From Octopus sinensis (taxonomy: Eukaryota): a stretch of 43,828 nt of DNA. A program made the translations under genes and the position numbers. The DNA is taken from positions 1 to 43,828 of the forward strand of contig NW_021834978.1 of the NCBI RefSeq assembly GCF_006345805.1, in the 5' to 3' direction. Below, piece by piece: positions 1 to 12,595 of the stretch (positions are counted from its first letter, which is position 1; every line of letters begins with the position of its first letter). The notes below the pieces were generated by a model. The model did not search any database. It was not told the DNA's origin and saw only the letters and a list, made by a program, of their open reading frames with translations.

Positions 1-59
1 AAAGGAAGTTGTTCAGTGGATTTAATATTAGATCATTCCTGGACATTACTGCCTCAAGT

Positions 60-298
60 TCCTAGGACGCATAAAGCCAGTTAACCGATTTCCATGAAGG
101 TATAAGTGGCCGTGATTACAACATTCTCACCAAAGTGGACATCAGCCCGTTGCAGCCAATATATAGCTCTGCTGATTGGAGCCACGTGAAATGAAATATT
201 TTGCTCAAAAACACGATACACCGCTTGTCCGGAAATCGAAACCATAATTTCGTCATCGTGAATGCAACACCCAAACCACTTGACCACACGCCATCTCT
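60..298 (-). mobile_element. tRNA-headed CORE-like SINE (family C), diverged
   Basis: Reverse complement resembles the head, core and tail of the copy at 38655-38888. Confidence 0.6.
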
Positions 299-339
299 AA
301 TATTGGTTTCAAATTTTAGTACAAGGCCAGCAAATTCGA

Positions 340-875
340 GGAGGGGATTAATCGATAGCATTGATCCCAGTGCTCAGCTAGTACATATTTTATCGACCCC
401 TAAAGGATGAAAGGCAAAGTCGACCACGCGGAATATGAACTCAGAACGTAGCGGCAGACGAAATACTCCTAAGTATTTCGCCTGGTGTGCTAACGTTTAT
501 TTCTTTATTGCCCACAAGGGACTAAACATAGAGGGAACAAACAAAGACGCGTAACTGGTACTTAATTTATCGACCCCGAAAGGATAAAAGACAAAGTCGA
601 CCTCTGCAGAATTTGAACTCAGAACGTAACGGCGGACGAAATACCTATTTCTTTACTACCCACAGGGGCTACACACGGAGGGGACGAACAAGGACAGACA
701 CACGTATTAAGTCGATTTTATCGACCTCAGTGCGTAACTGGTACTTATTTAATCGACCCCGAAAGGTTGAAAGACAAATGGACCTCGGCGGAATTTGAAC
801 TCAGAACGAAAGGCAGACGAAATACGGCTACACATTTTGGCGGCATGTTAACGTTTCTGCCAGCTCGCCGCCTTA
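340..875 (-). mobile_element. tRNA-derived SINE family A, multimeric copies
   Basis: Repeated GGATGAAAGGCAAAGTCGAC...GGAATTTGAACTCAGAACGT (reverse B-box), with the head CTGCCAGCTCGCCGCC at about 857-872. Confidence 0.85.
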
Positions 876-1206
876 CACCGTCTCTAATATCAAACCACAA
901 ACATGTAAATAAGACATTTTTATTTGTTTACTGAAGAAAGTGTAATCTTTATAAAAAGACTGGAGATAAAGAAATCCTAAACATAGATTACAGTGTTCGC
1001 GCATTCAAAGTAACAGCAGCAATAACAATAAAATTCATTTTCCTTGATTCCGGGTCCTTTCTAAATTAGGGGTACAAACGATTGAATCAGATACTGAAAA
1101 TATTACTGGTGCATTTATTTATTTGGTTCGTTGGTTGGTTGGTTTTTAAATTCCAAGACATGAAAGAGGAAAAAATCACGAAAGTGATTTGGCGAGAGGG
1201 AGTGAG

Positions 1207-1729
1207 AGGGAGCTGACAGAAACGTTAGCTCGCCGGGCGAAATTCTTAGTCATATTTCGTCTGTCTTTACGTTCTGAGTTCAAATTCCGCAGTGGTCGAC
1301 ATTGTCTTTAAAAGGCGGCGAGCTGGCAGAAACGTTAGCAAGCAGGGCGAAATGTTTAGCGATATTTCGTCTGCCGCTACGTTCTGAGTTAAATTCCGCC
1401 GAGGTCGACTTTGCCTTTCATCCTTTCGGGGTCGATAAATTAAGTACCTGTTACGCACTGGGGTCGATATAATCGACTTAATCCGTTTGTCTGTTCTTGT
1501 TTGTCCTCTCTGTGTTTAGCCCCTTGTGGGTAGTAAAGAAATAGGTATTTCGTCAGCTGTTACGTTCTGAGTTCAAATTCCGTCGAGGTCGACTTTGCCT
1601 TTCATCCTTTCAGGGTCGTTAAATTTAGTACCAGTTACCCACTGGGGTCGATGTAATCGACTTAATTCCTTTCTCTGTCCTTGTTTGTCCCCTCTACGTT
1701 TAGCCCCTTGTGGGCAATAAAGAAATAAA
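1207..1729 (+). mobile_element. SINE family A: truncated head (1207-1308) followed by a dimeric copy (1314-1729)
   Basis: A-box-like TGGCAGAAACGTTAG, B-box-like GAGTTCAAATTCC, conserved CTTTCATCCTTTCGGGGTCGATAAA core, and AAAGAAATA tail. Confidence 0.9.
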
Positions 1730-2134
1730 GGAGTGGGAGGGAGAGAGAGGGAGAGATGGAGAGAAGGAGATGGATAAGGTTTTCAGGCATGTAACTCAGA
1801 AATTCTGCTGTTCTATCTTTTCTAAGTTTTATCCCTCTCTCTCTCTCCCCCTCTTCTCCCCTCCCTTCCTCTCCCTCCCTTCCTATCCTTTCCCCTCTTC
1901 CCCTCTCTCTCTCTTCAGTTCGCAGTTATAATAACATTGGAACCAACAGAACATCTTTTAAAAAGTATTACCTTGAAGGAACGTAATCCTCCTCAAATCT
2001 CACCCTTCCCTTCTACGTGACATTAGGCCCACGATTGTCCGCTAGTAAATTCCATGGCCAGTACATAATGCTTGTCATCGAATTTTTCGTGGGAGAATAC
2101 AAAGGTAATCACCTGGTGCCTTTACGCATGTACT

Positions 2135-2491
2135 TCTTTAAAATGTTTCAGCTCTAAAGCTGCGGTCATGCTGGGGCACCACCGTTGGTTGTGCTACACC
2201 ATTATTTGAAACCTCCTCTGATATGTAGCATTTGGCCAGTGAAGGAGTTTGATACTGCTGTCCTTATCTGTGTTTCCTGCCGTGAGGTAGGCTCATCTGG
2301 AACCCTTGATAGGAGGCGATACAGTTTTGTTTTGGAGACACCTACATCCACACTAAGCAGGTCTCTCAGGTATTTTGGAGGGATATTGAAAAGCTGTGGC
2401 CCCTTGAAACCCATGCTGTTGCAGAATCTGATCCTGTATTTCGACGGTGATGCTGGGATCTTTGGCAAACTGCAGTGGCGCCCCGTTCTGG
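2135..2491 (-). mobile_element. LINE 3' end (ORF2 C-terminus plus 3' tail), 5'-truncated
   Basis: The minus strand reads RTGRHCSLPKIPASPSKYRIRFCNSMGFKGPQLFNIPPKYLRDLLSVDVGVSKTKLYRLLSRVPDEPT, resembling the post-RT C-terminal motif of non-LTR elements (GPxLFNxLP...FKxxLD..L..VPDEP). The tail resembles the 3' end of SINE family B. Confidence 0.75.
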
Positions 2492-2524
2492 TGATATATA
2501 TATATCATCTATCTATATATATAT

Positions 2525-2566
<42 letters not shown>

Positions 2567-3029
2567 CGTCGACGTAGATTTTCTGCTCATTCGCCGTCTT
2601 ACTGGCAGCCTTTCGTCTCAGTTATGTTCTGGATTCGTATTATGAATAAAACCGAGAAGAGATCAATAGCACAGCTTGAGGAAGAAGGGATAGAAACAAC
2701 GGGCCATGAGCAGCCCTTTTGGGCCTGCTGTGTAAGTCTTTATGGGGGCCGGTGGGCGGAAAACTCAAAGTATACCAAGGGCGGCTCACACTCTGCGTCT
2801 CAGTAAAGGATCATGATTGGGTCATAGGTCTTATTCAATCAGGGCTGACCTGGGGGTCAAACAACAACAACAACAACAACAACAGAAGCAGCAGCAATAA
2901 CAACAACAGCAACAATTATAACAGCGGCAGCAATATTGTTTTTAGGATTCTAATAGGTGCAGCGTGTAAAGTGAACACCAGTCAGCAGTGGGCGCAGCAG
3001 CAGCAGCAACAGCAGCGGCGGTGCGAATG

Positions 3030-3232
3030 TATAAAATAATTAATTGGACGACAACTGTTCCCTCGAGAACACAATCGTTTATTTAACTTCCCATTATACA
3101 AGGCAACTGTCGATCGTCAGTAAACGTTTATTTAACTGCCAATTGTGTCTAAATACAGCGGATAAATGGCAGGACATTTCTTCGTAAATAATGACCAGTC
3201 GTCGGAATTGTTTGACTGTAATGCTGCGGTGG
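3030..3232 (+). promoter_or_regulatory. Candidate TATA promoter and possible short first exon of Not (tentative)
   Basis: TATAAAA at 3030-3036, ATG at 3166 (MAGHFFVNNDQSSELFDCNAAV), and a weak phase-1 donor G|gtgtgt at 3233 compatible with the 16377 acceptor. It lies in a non-repetitive island. There is no protein homology support. Confidence 0.2.
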
Positions 3233-3244
3233 GTGTGTATATAT

Positions 3245-3315
<71 letters not shown>

Positions 3316-3584
3316 TGTTTATATAAGTGTGTGGAAATGATGTATGTGTGGTGTGTGTGTGTATGTGTGTGTGTGTGTGTGAGTGCGTGTGTTTTCGTGG
3401 TTTTTACGCTTTTCACTAAGTCTTTCCCGTCTTTTGTTTTCGTGTTTGTTGGGTGGTTGGTTGGGTGGGCGGCGGTGTGTCGGTGGGGATCGCGGGGTGG
3501 GGGGGAGAAACAATTAAGTAAGGAGAAGGAAACAAAAAGGGCGGAATGAAAAAAAGAAAGAGAATAGAATTGTTCAATAACAGC

Positions 3585-3629
<45 letters not shown>

Positions 3630-3897
3630 CCTTTTCTCTTACATATGTGCACGCGTGCGTATACACATGCACACACACACTATAATATATACACCCCCCC
3701 ATAAATATACATATATGTACATATACATAAATGCATACACACACACACACATATATATATATACACTCACGCGCGCGCACACACACATATATATGCATAT
3801 ATAAATATATATCTATACGTACATATATTTACATGCACATAACATACCTACACATTCACAACACACATATATGCATGTATATACATATATACATGTG

Positions 3898-3929
<32 letters not shown>

Positions 3930-3984
3930 CGTACATACATACATACATACATGCATGCATACATATGTCTATACACACATAGGT

Positions 3985-4015
<31 letters not shown>

Positions 4016-4059
4016 TAGGTAGAAAGATAGATGGATAGATATATAGATAGATAGATTTT

Positions 4060-4445
4060 TCTTTTGTTTTACCTTTTACTTGTTTCAATCATTGGATTGC
4101 GACCATATTGGGACACCGCCTTGAAGCATTTTGTCAAGCAAATCGACTCCAGTATTAAAAATTTTTTTTTAACACAAACTTATTCTGTCGGTTTCTTTTG
4201 ACGAACCACTAAATTACGGAAACGTAAGCAAACAAACACCGGTTGTCAAGTTGTGGGAGAGAAAACACACACACACACACACACGCATACACACACAAAC
4301 AAACGAACAAACAAACAATGAGCTTCCACACAGTTTTTGTTTACGAAATCCACACTAGTTGACCCAAGCGCTATAGTACAAGACACCCGTTCTAAGTGCC
4401 GCACAGTGAGATCGGACCCGAAACCAGTGGACCCTAAAGCGAGCT
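4060..4445 (-). mobile_element. SINE family B, diverged copy
   Basis: Similar by eye to the 6741-7140 and 37886-38348 copies (ttttacttgtttca tail, internal CA microsatellite, tRNA-like head). Confidence 0.7.
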
Positions 4446-4659
4446 TCTTCAACTGACAGCCATCCCTGTGACTCAAAGTAGCTTTTTGTTTTGTTTTGTT
4501 GTTGTTTTTTTTTTTCTTTTCGCTACAGCCTCGAGTCAACCCATCAATTTATAAGTGAACTTAAGTAGACAAGAACTCTATAGAAATAAGATTATCAGAT
4601 GCGTTGTTCCAATTCTTCAATAGTTCAACCTTGCTAGGTATTCTGTCACACTGATTCTG

Positions 4660-4795
4660 TCCGACGGTTACATTGGTAGTACATGCGATCAACGGAACAG
4701 CCTGCTCGTGAAGTTAATGTGCATGTGGTTCAGCGCTCCAGAGACACCACATACTCTTAACGTAGTTCTCAGGGAGATTCAGCGTGACATATCAG
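4660..4795 (-). mobile_element. SINE family C tail fragment
   Basis: AACGGAACAGCCTGCTCGTGAAGTTAA...CTTAACGTAGTTCTCAGGGAGATTCAGCGTGACA is the reverse complement of the tail of the 6342-6653 copy. Confidence 0.75.
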
Positions 4796-4808
4796 CAATC
4801 AATTACCC

Positions 4809-5030
4809 GAGCTGGCAGAAACGTTAGCACGCCGGGCGAAATGCTAAGCGGTATTTCGTCTGCCGTTACGTTCTGAGTTCAAGTTCCGCCGAGGTCGACT
4901 TTGTCTTTCATCCTTTCGGGGTCGATAAATTAAGCACCAGTTACGCACTGGGGTCGATATAATCGAATTAATCCGTTTGTCTGTCCTTGTTTGTCCTCTC
5001 TGTGTATAGCCCCTTGTAGGCAGCAAATAA
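4809..5030 (+). mobile_element. SINE family A monomer
   Basis: Head, B-box and core match the 1314 copy. Confidence 0.9.
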
Positions 5031-5156
5031 ATAATTTACCAGCCGTGGTGTAAATATTATCTCTAATACCGCTGGGAATCGCATAATAACGATAACAACG
5101 GTATTAACGATAATATTTAATAATAGTTCAAAATTCATTAAGAAGTCAGTTCTGTC

Positions 5157-5843
5157 AGTGCGTAACTGGTACTTATTTAATCGACCCCGAAAGGATGAAA
5201 GGCACAGTCGACCTCGGCGGAATTTGAACTCAACGTAGCGGCAGACGAAATACCTATTTCTTTACTACCCACAAGGGGCTAAACGCAGAAGGGACAAACA
5301 AGGACAGACAAACGGATTAAGTCGATTATATCGACACCAGTGCGTAACTGGTACTTATTTAATCGACCCCGATAGGATGAAAGGCAAAGTCGACCTCGGC
5401 GGAATTTGAACTCAACGTAGCGGCAGACGAAATACCTATTTCTTTACTACCCACAAGGGGCTAAACACAGAAGGGACAAACAAGGACAAACGGATTAAGT
5501 CGATTATATCGACCCCAGTGCGTAACTGGTACTTATTTAATCGACCCCGAAAGGATGAAAGGCAAAGTCGACCTCGGCGGAATTTGAACTCAGAACGTAG
5601 CGGCAGACGAAATACCTATTTCTTTACTACCCACAAGGGGCTAAACACAGAAGGGACAAACAAGGACAGACAAACGATTAAGTCGATTATATCGACACCA
5701 GTGCGTAACTGGTACTTATTTAATCGACTCCGAAAGGATGAAAGGCAAAGTCGACCTCGGCGGAATTTGAACTCAGAACGTAGCGGCAGATGAAATACCG
5801 CTAAGCATGTCGCCCTGCTTGCTAACGTTTCTGCCAGCTCGCC
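5157..5843 (-). mobile_element. SINE family A tandem array (head plus four approximately 180-bp units)
   Basis: Four near-identical units begin CAGTGCGTAACTGGTACTTATTTAATCGAC at about 5157, 5338, 5516 and 5699; the head is at about 5800-5843. Confidence 0.92.
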
Positions 5844-6341
5844 TGGCAGAATCATTACCCATGCTAACGATTCTGCCAGGTCGCCGCCTTCTCATGCTCA
5901 GTAATAATATAATGAGGGTGATTATGAGTACGGTGGCGATTGTGGTGGAGATTGTGGTTCTGGTGTAGGTGTGTGTTATTATAATGACGATGGAAGGAAA
6001 AAAGCAGAAAGGTATAACAAAAAAAAAAAAATCGAATGATTAAAGGCGAGGAAGGACGGAAGGAAGGAAGGAGGGAGGGAGTGTGGGACGTTGGGAAGAG
6101 TCGTTAATAGGAAATAATTAAGACGATCGAACGTTGTAGCGAAGACAATCATTGTGTTAATATTGTCTTCGTCTCCAATTACCGAACAGGATGAAGGGAT
6201 GATAAATACTGAGATAACTAAGAATACATGTGGTCTGGTGGGAGTGGTGGGGTAGTGTGTTTGTATGTATGCATGTATGTACGTACGTACGTACGTGTGT
6301 GTTTGTGCATATGTGTGTGTATGTACGTGTAGTGAAGTGAA

Positions 6342-6653
6342 GGCGCGTGGTTAGGGGCATTGGGCTCATGATCGTATGGTCGCGAGTTCAATTCCCGGCG
6401 GCGCGTTGTGTCCTTGAGCAAGACACTTTATTTCCCGTTGCTCCAGTCCACTCAGCTGGCAAAAATGAGTAGTACCCGTATTTCAAAAGGGCCAGCCTTG
6501 TCACACTCTGTGTCACGCTGAATCTCCCCGAGAACTACTTTAAGGGTACGTGTGTCTGTGGAATGCTCAGTCACCTGTACGTTAATTTCACGAGCAGGCT
6601 GTTCCGTTGATCATATCAGCTGGGACCCTCGTCGTCGCAACCGACGGAGTGCT
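6342..6653 (+). mobile_element. tRNA-headed CORE-like SINE (family C), near full length
   Basis: B-box-like GAGTTCAATTCCC, followed by TGTGTCCTTGAGCAAGACACTT...CTCAGCTGGCAAAAATGAG, which resembles the CORE domain. The tail is shared with several other copies in the window. Confidence 0.85.
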
Positions 6654-6740
6654 ACTACATGCATGTACGTATGTACATATGTATGCATGTATGTATGTAT
6701 ATGAAAATGTGTATATATGTATATTTTTTTTATTGTTTTA

Positions 6741-7140
6741 TTCTTTTACTTGTTTCAGTCATTTGACTGCGGCCATGCTGGAGCAACGCCTTTAGTCGAG
6801 AGCAAATCGACCCCAGAGCTTATTCTTTGTAGGCCTAGTACTTATTCTATCGGTCTCTTTTGCCAAACCGCTAAGTTACGGGGACATGGATACACCACCA
6901 TCGATTGTCAAGCGATGTTGGGGGGACAAACACAGACACACAAACATACACACACTCACACACACACATACATACACACACACACACACACATATACATA
7001 TACGACGGACTTCTTCCAGTTTCCGTCTACCAAATCCACTCACAAGGATCTGGTCGGCCCGAGGCAATAGTAGAAGACACTTGCCCAAGGTGCATGCAGT
7101 GGGACTAAACCCATGACCATGTGGTTGGTAAGCAAGCTAC
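6741..7140 (-). mobile_element. SINE family B, near full length
   Basis: Minus strand carries a tRNA-like head, an internal (GT)n, and the tail GGCGTTGCTCCAGCATGGCCGCAGTCAAATGACTGAAACAAGTAAAAGAATA. Confidence 0.88.
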
Positions 7141-7949
7141 GTTATTTCATAAAATTTGTGATATAGACAGTACAAAAGATTGTGTAACTTTGCGGGCTGG
7201 AAAAACACATTAATGAATGAAAATGAAATAAAATGAATAAATGAGAGACGAAACCCAACACCCGCCGATTGTATTTTTCTCGAAAACAAACTTCCTTTTT
7301 TTTAAAAAATCAATATGAGGTTTCAAACCTCTTACAAGAAAGAGGCACTGAAACCTCTTGCTTAACATTTTTTTTAAAACACACAATTGAGGTTATAAAC
7401 CACTAAAAATAATACAATAAGATGAGATTTCAAACCCTCTAACAAGGCTTTTTCACCTCCTACTCATCGATATATCCATCGATATATTCGTCATTATCTT
7501 CAATGCCGCTTGAGTTCCTGTATCCCGCCATTTCCCATGCCTCACTCATGTAGGACATGTAAGTCGTGTAAGGGCCAGCCGGCTATATGCGACACCCCTC
7601 CCCAAATCCTTTAAGCCTTTCCCACAAGGCAAACCTTAAGACCTCCACAGCTATCTGCGGAGGCCATTCGAGATCCCGTGTGAAGGGCATATCTACTGTC
7701 TCTTTATGTTCTTCTACTATTTTTCCACCTCCCCGCCCTTGTAGAAAAAGATGATTAAACAAGCTACTTACCACAAAGCCACTCCTGCGCCTATACATAA
7801 ATTATATATGAAGATGGCTTAGTAGGCCGAAACGTCGAAGTCACTGTCAATACTATTCTTGTTACAAAATAACAATGAATATATAGTGTACAAAGAGTAC
7901 TAAGAAACGCCCCAGTTAACCATAAAATTGTTTTTATTATAAGTCGACA

Positions 7950-8097
7950 TTAGCACACCGGGCGAAATGCTTAGTGGTATTTCGTCTGCCGCTACGTTCT
8001 GAGTTCAAATTCCGCCGAGGTCGACTTTGCCTTTCATCCTTTCGGGATCGATTAAATAAGTACCAGTTACGCATTGGGGTCGATCTAATCGATTTAA
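7950..8097 (+). mobile_element. SINE family A, partial
   Basis: Matches the head, B-box and core of the 1314 copy. Confidence 0.85.
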
Positions 8098-8665
8098 TAC
8101 TCATACGTTATTAGACACCCAAGGCTATAATAGAAAAAACCTGCTCAGGTTGCCACGCTGAGAACGAACTCGGTACCACGTAACCTTGTTGCATGGTCCC
8201 GAGTTCGTACACTTCTAAATTATATGACTATACCTGCTCTTCCCCAGACACGTATATACATTCTCTCTCTCTCCTCTCTCTCTCTCTCACACACACACGC
8301 ACATACATACATACATATATACATACATACATACATACATACATACATACATACATACATACATACATACATACATACAAAAATACATACATACATATCG
8401 TTTAATAATGAATTTCTCAAAAATAAACTGAAATCGTTGAACAATATATTTTACAGTTTTGTGTACGCATGTGTATGTATGTATAAATGTGTGTATGATT
8501 GTATTTGTGTGTGTGTGTATGGGTGTGTGTGTGTATGTGCGTGTGTGTGTGCTTATGGATGTATGTACATATTCATGCATGCGTAAATTGTTATAACTCT
8601 GCTCGTATCTGCGTCTATATATGTATAATGCATTTATATATACATATTTATATATATACATATAT

Positions 8666-8704
<39 letters not shown>

Positions 8705-8796
8705 ACACATATAAATGTATTTGTGTGTACACACACACACACACATGCACACACACACACACATACACATATATATATATATATATTATATATATA

Positions 8797-8830
<34 letters not shown>

Positions 8831-9723
8831 CAGTGTGAATAAATATGCTTGTATGGACATTTGGAATTAATCTATCGCTTATTTGAAACAAGTTTTTAAA
8901 ATGAGTTTAGATAAATCTCTTGACAATGACAATACGATATACACGTGTTCGTTATTAGTATTTATTTTTTTGTTTTTGTTTTTGTTTTCCTCCATTTAAT
9001 TTTCTCTTCTTTCTCATTCAGTTTTTCTCTCATTCATTTCTTGTTCAATAATACACCACGTTTCTTTCTAATTATTCATCCATCTTTCGTTCTTCTTCCA
9101 CCAAAAAATTTTGTTTTCTTCCCTTCCTTCTTCGTTTCTTTCTTTCTTTCTTTCTTTCTTTCCCTTTTCCCCAATTCAATTATCGCAGTTGGAGCCAAGT
9201 TATATAATTTATACAGAAGCATAACCCAAAAATGGTACGATAGCTTTCCTAAACGTAACAAATCATAGCAATAACGAAATGGAATAATACACTTTAGATA
9301 AAATCTGAAAATAATTAAAACAAGAAACCGGTTTAGGAAAATCCCAAAAAAAACAAAAAAAAAAGACGTGCGGTATTATACTTACGTCACAATATAAAAT
9401 ATAAAAGGCAATGCTTAGCTTTTATATAACTTGTCGTCATCTTCCTCCTCGCCATAAACTAAGTTTTAATAAAACTTTATTTATTATACTATGCGATGGT
9501 CGATCGCTATTGAATAGAAGCAAGGTTCAAAATCATTCTGTTCCCTTTCGTTTTTTTTTTTTTTGAAAAAAGAAATAAGATCCAGGAAAATGTAATTCTT
9601 CTTCTTCCTTTTCTTCTTCTTCTTCTTCTTCTTCTTCTTCTTCCTTCCTCCTCCTCCTCCTTCTCCTTCTTCTTCATCATCATCATCATCATTATTATCA
9701 TTATCATTGAATACAATGATGAA

Positions 9724-10165
9724 GGCGGCGAACTGGGAGACTCGTTTGCACGCCGAGCAAAATGCTATAGCGGCATTTTGCCTGTCATTACGTTCTGAGT
9801 TCAAATTCCGCCCAGGTCAACTTTGCATTTCATACCTTTGGCGTCAATAAAATAAGTATCAGTTGAGCACTGGAGTGATGCAATCGACTTACCCCCTCCC
9901 CCCGCCCAAAATTTGCTGGCCTTGTGCCAACATTTGAAATCATCATTATTGTTATTACTATGGCAGCGTGCAAGCAGAGCCGTTACTGGGCTGGAAAAAT
10001 TGTTTAGCGGTATTTCTTCCAACTTTGCGTTCTGAGTTCAAATCCCGTCGAGGTCAAATTTGCCCTTTTAGGGGCAATAAAATAAAGCACCATCGAATTA
10101 CTGAGGTCGATGGTAACGACCAGTCCCTCTCCTCACAAAATATACGGCCTTGTGCCTCAATCAGA
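9724..10165 (+). mobile_element. Two adjacent diverged SINE family A copies
   Basis: Heads at about 9724 and 9961, each with GAGTTCAAAT(T/C)CCG and the core. Confidence 0.8.
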
Positions 10166-11827
10166 TACCATTATTATTATTTTTTTATCACAGGTTTTGA
10201 TAAAAAGCGTAGCGAGCTTGCAGCCTGCAGCCTACGGTACCATGCTACCTGTTTTTTTTCAATTATTTAATACTTTCCTGATTATTCTGGCCATGCCAAA
10301 GAGGCAAACCTTTTGTAACAGTTCTACCGGGCACTGATGCCTTCTGATATTGTCCCCAAGGACCCAACAATAATTGGCAATTATTATTATTGAATGAGAG
10401 AACAGCGCATGCCATCAAAGTGACACTGGGTACATATATACTAAGCCTAATATATCCATCATGACTATCCGTCTGATAAGAGTACACCAGGTACATGCAT
10501 AACAACCTTATGTTCGCGACATGATCATCTCGTATCAAGATAAACAACGCATAACATTGCAGGTGGAACCCAGTAGGAATTTTCTTCAAGTTGAGTAGTC
10601 CATCCCGCTCAAAAGGTCTCTGAATAAGGACTGTTTAAGGATGTTGAACAAAACACTCATATTTTCAGAGGTGAATTATTCAAATCCCGCAAAATTCCTT
10701 TCAACACATGGTTATGGTGCCTCCACCCAAATACTTCTATTTGTGATCGGAGATGCACTTAGCGTCAACCACTGAGGGACATGCTCAGCTGGTTAAGGCC
10801 AAGTAACTGACAAGTAAAATCTGTAGTATTGGGCAGAATAATTATTGCATATGCAGATGCAAACGCATGCGCAGATAAGGATACACAGCATAGAAAGACA
10901 GAATGAACTACACAGGGCAAGAGGAGGCACGTGGGATGGAAGAGTCATTGAAGAGGTCACAGATGTGTGACGAAAGATTTCCAGACTATGGACATAAGAT
11001 GAAAAAAAATATGAACAATAATAAATGAGTGAAGAACGAATATATAATACGTGTGTTTATTTAGCAAGAAAAAAAATATGATCGTCCCGAAGTATAACAA
11101 TATCTGTTTAAACACTTGATTTCACATCAGGAATCTTGCAAAATAAATTCATAAGCATGTGTGTGTGTGTGTGTGTGGGTGTGTGTGTGTGTGTGTGTGT
11201 AATCGTAGATAGATAGATAGATAGATGGATGGATGGATGATGGATGGTGGATGGATGGATGGATGGATGGATGGATGGATGGATGGATGGATGGATGGAT
11301 GGATGGATGGATAGATAGATAGATGGATGGATGGACGCACTCACTGATGGATGGTTGGATGACTAGACGTCCTCATTCTTTCAATATCTGTAAACACTTT
11401 ATAAGTGTTATCTGATATTTAGAAGTAGCCCGGATAAATTTGCCGGAGTTTAAGGACCTGTTACTTTAAATTAATTCCCATGCCCATTGAGCAACACCTA
11501 CCGTGCACCACATGCACCACACGCGTGCACACACTTGCAAACACGTATAAATATACACGCTTAAAAAAAAAAACTGTATGTGCACATGTAAATACATACA
11601 TACATACATATACAGAGAAGGAGACAACGTGTGTATACACAATGAGTATTATCGATCCTGGTTACCAGCGAACACTTAACGTTATCAAATGGCAACGCAA
11701 ATATTCACGCTACATTTACTACTTGAAAAAAAAAAAAAACCTGGATATAACGTCACACAATATGGATATGTTTGTATTCGTAAGTATACACACAAACACA
11801 AAAGAGACACACACATACAGTAACTCC

Positions 11828-11829
<2 letters not shown>

Positions 11830-11882
<53 letters not shown>

Positions 11883-11897
11883 ATGCAAATATATAGA

Positions 11898-11947
<50 letters not shown>

Positions 11948-11985
11948 ATGCAAAATATAGAGTGTATATATATATATATATATAG

Positions 11986-12035
<50 letters not shown>

Positions 12036-12087
12036 AATGTATGTATTATATAAATATACATATATGTACATATGTAAATAAGTATAC

Positions 12088-12137
<50 letters not shown>

Positions 12138-12438
12138 TATATGTATATTATATATATATATGTATATATATATGTATATACATATATATATATGTATATG
12201 TATATATATATGTGATATATATATATGTATATGTATATATATTATGTATATATATGTATATATATATATGTATGTATATATATATATGTATGTATATATA
12301 TATATGTATGTATTATATATATATATATATTATATATATATATATTATATATTATATATATATATATATATGCGTATTCATGTATGTATATATACCTACG
12401 GTTTATATACATATATATATACCATATGGTTACTATAT

Positions 12439-12470
<32 letters not shown>

Positions 12471-12557
12471 ATATATATGCGTATTCATTTGTATGTATAT
12501 ATACCATACGGTTTATATACATATATTATACCATATGGTTTAACTATATATATATAG

Positions 12558-12595
<38 letters not shown>

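Noticed and set aside
5157-5843. Regularly spaced repeats resembling a CRISPR array; tRNA-like heads resembling tRNA genes
   Set aside because: The units are full-length copies of a SINE segment with no unique spacers, in a eukaryotic context. The heads lack a complete cloverleaf and are attached to SINE bodies.
7426-7558. Open frame ending at a strong phase-1 donor (cat|gtaagt) as a possible Not upstream exon
   Set aside because: The acceptor is weak, there is no Not-like or eh1 motif, and the only ATG is 7 codons from the donor.
11930-12589. 219-aa ORF and the many other YI/CV/HT-repeat ORFs across the window
   Set aside because: They are translations of (TA)n, (TG)n, (CA)n and (TACA)n microsatellites with no coding signal.
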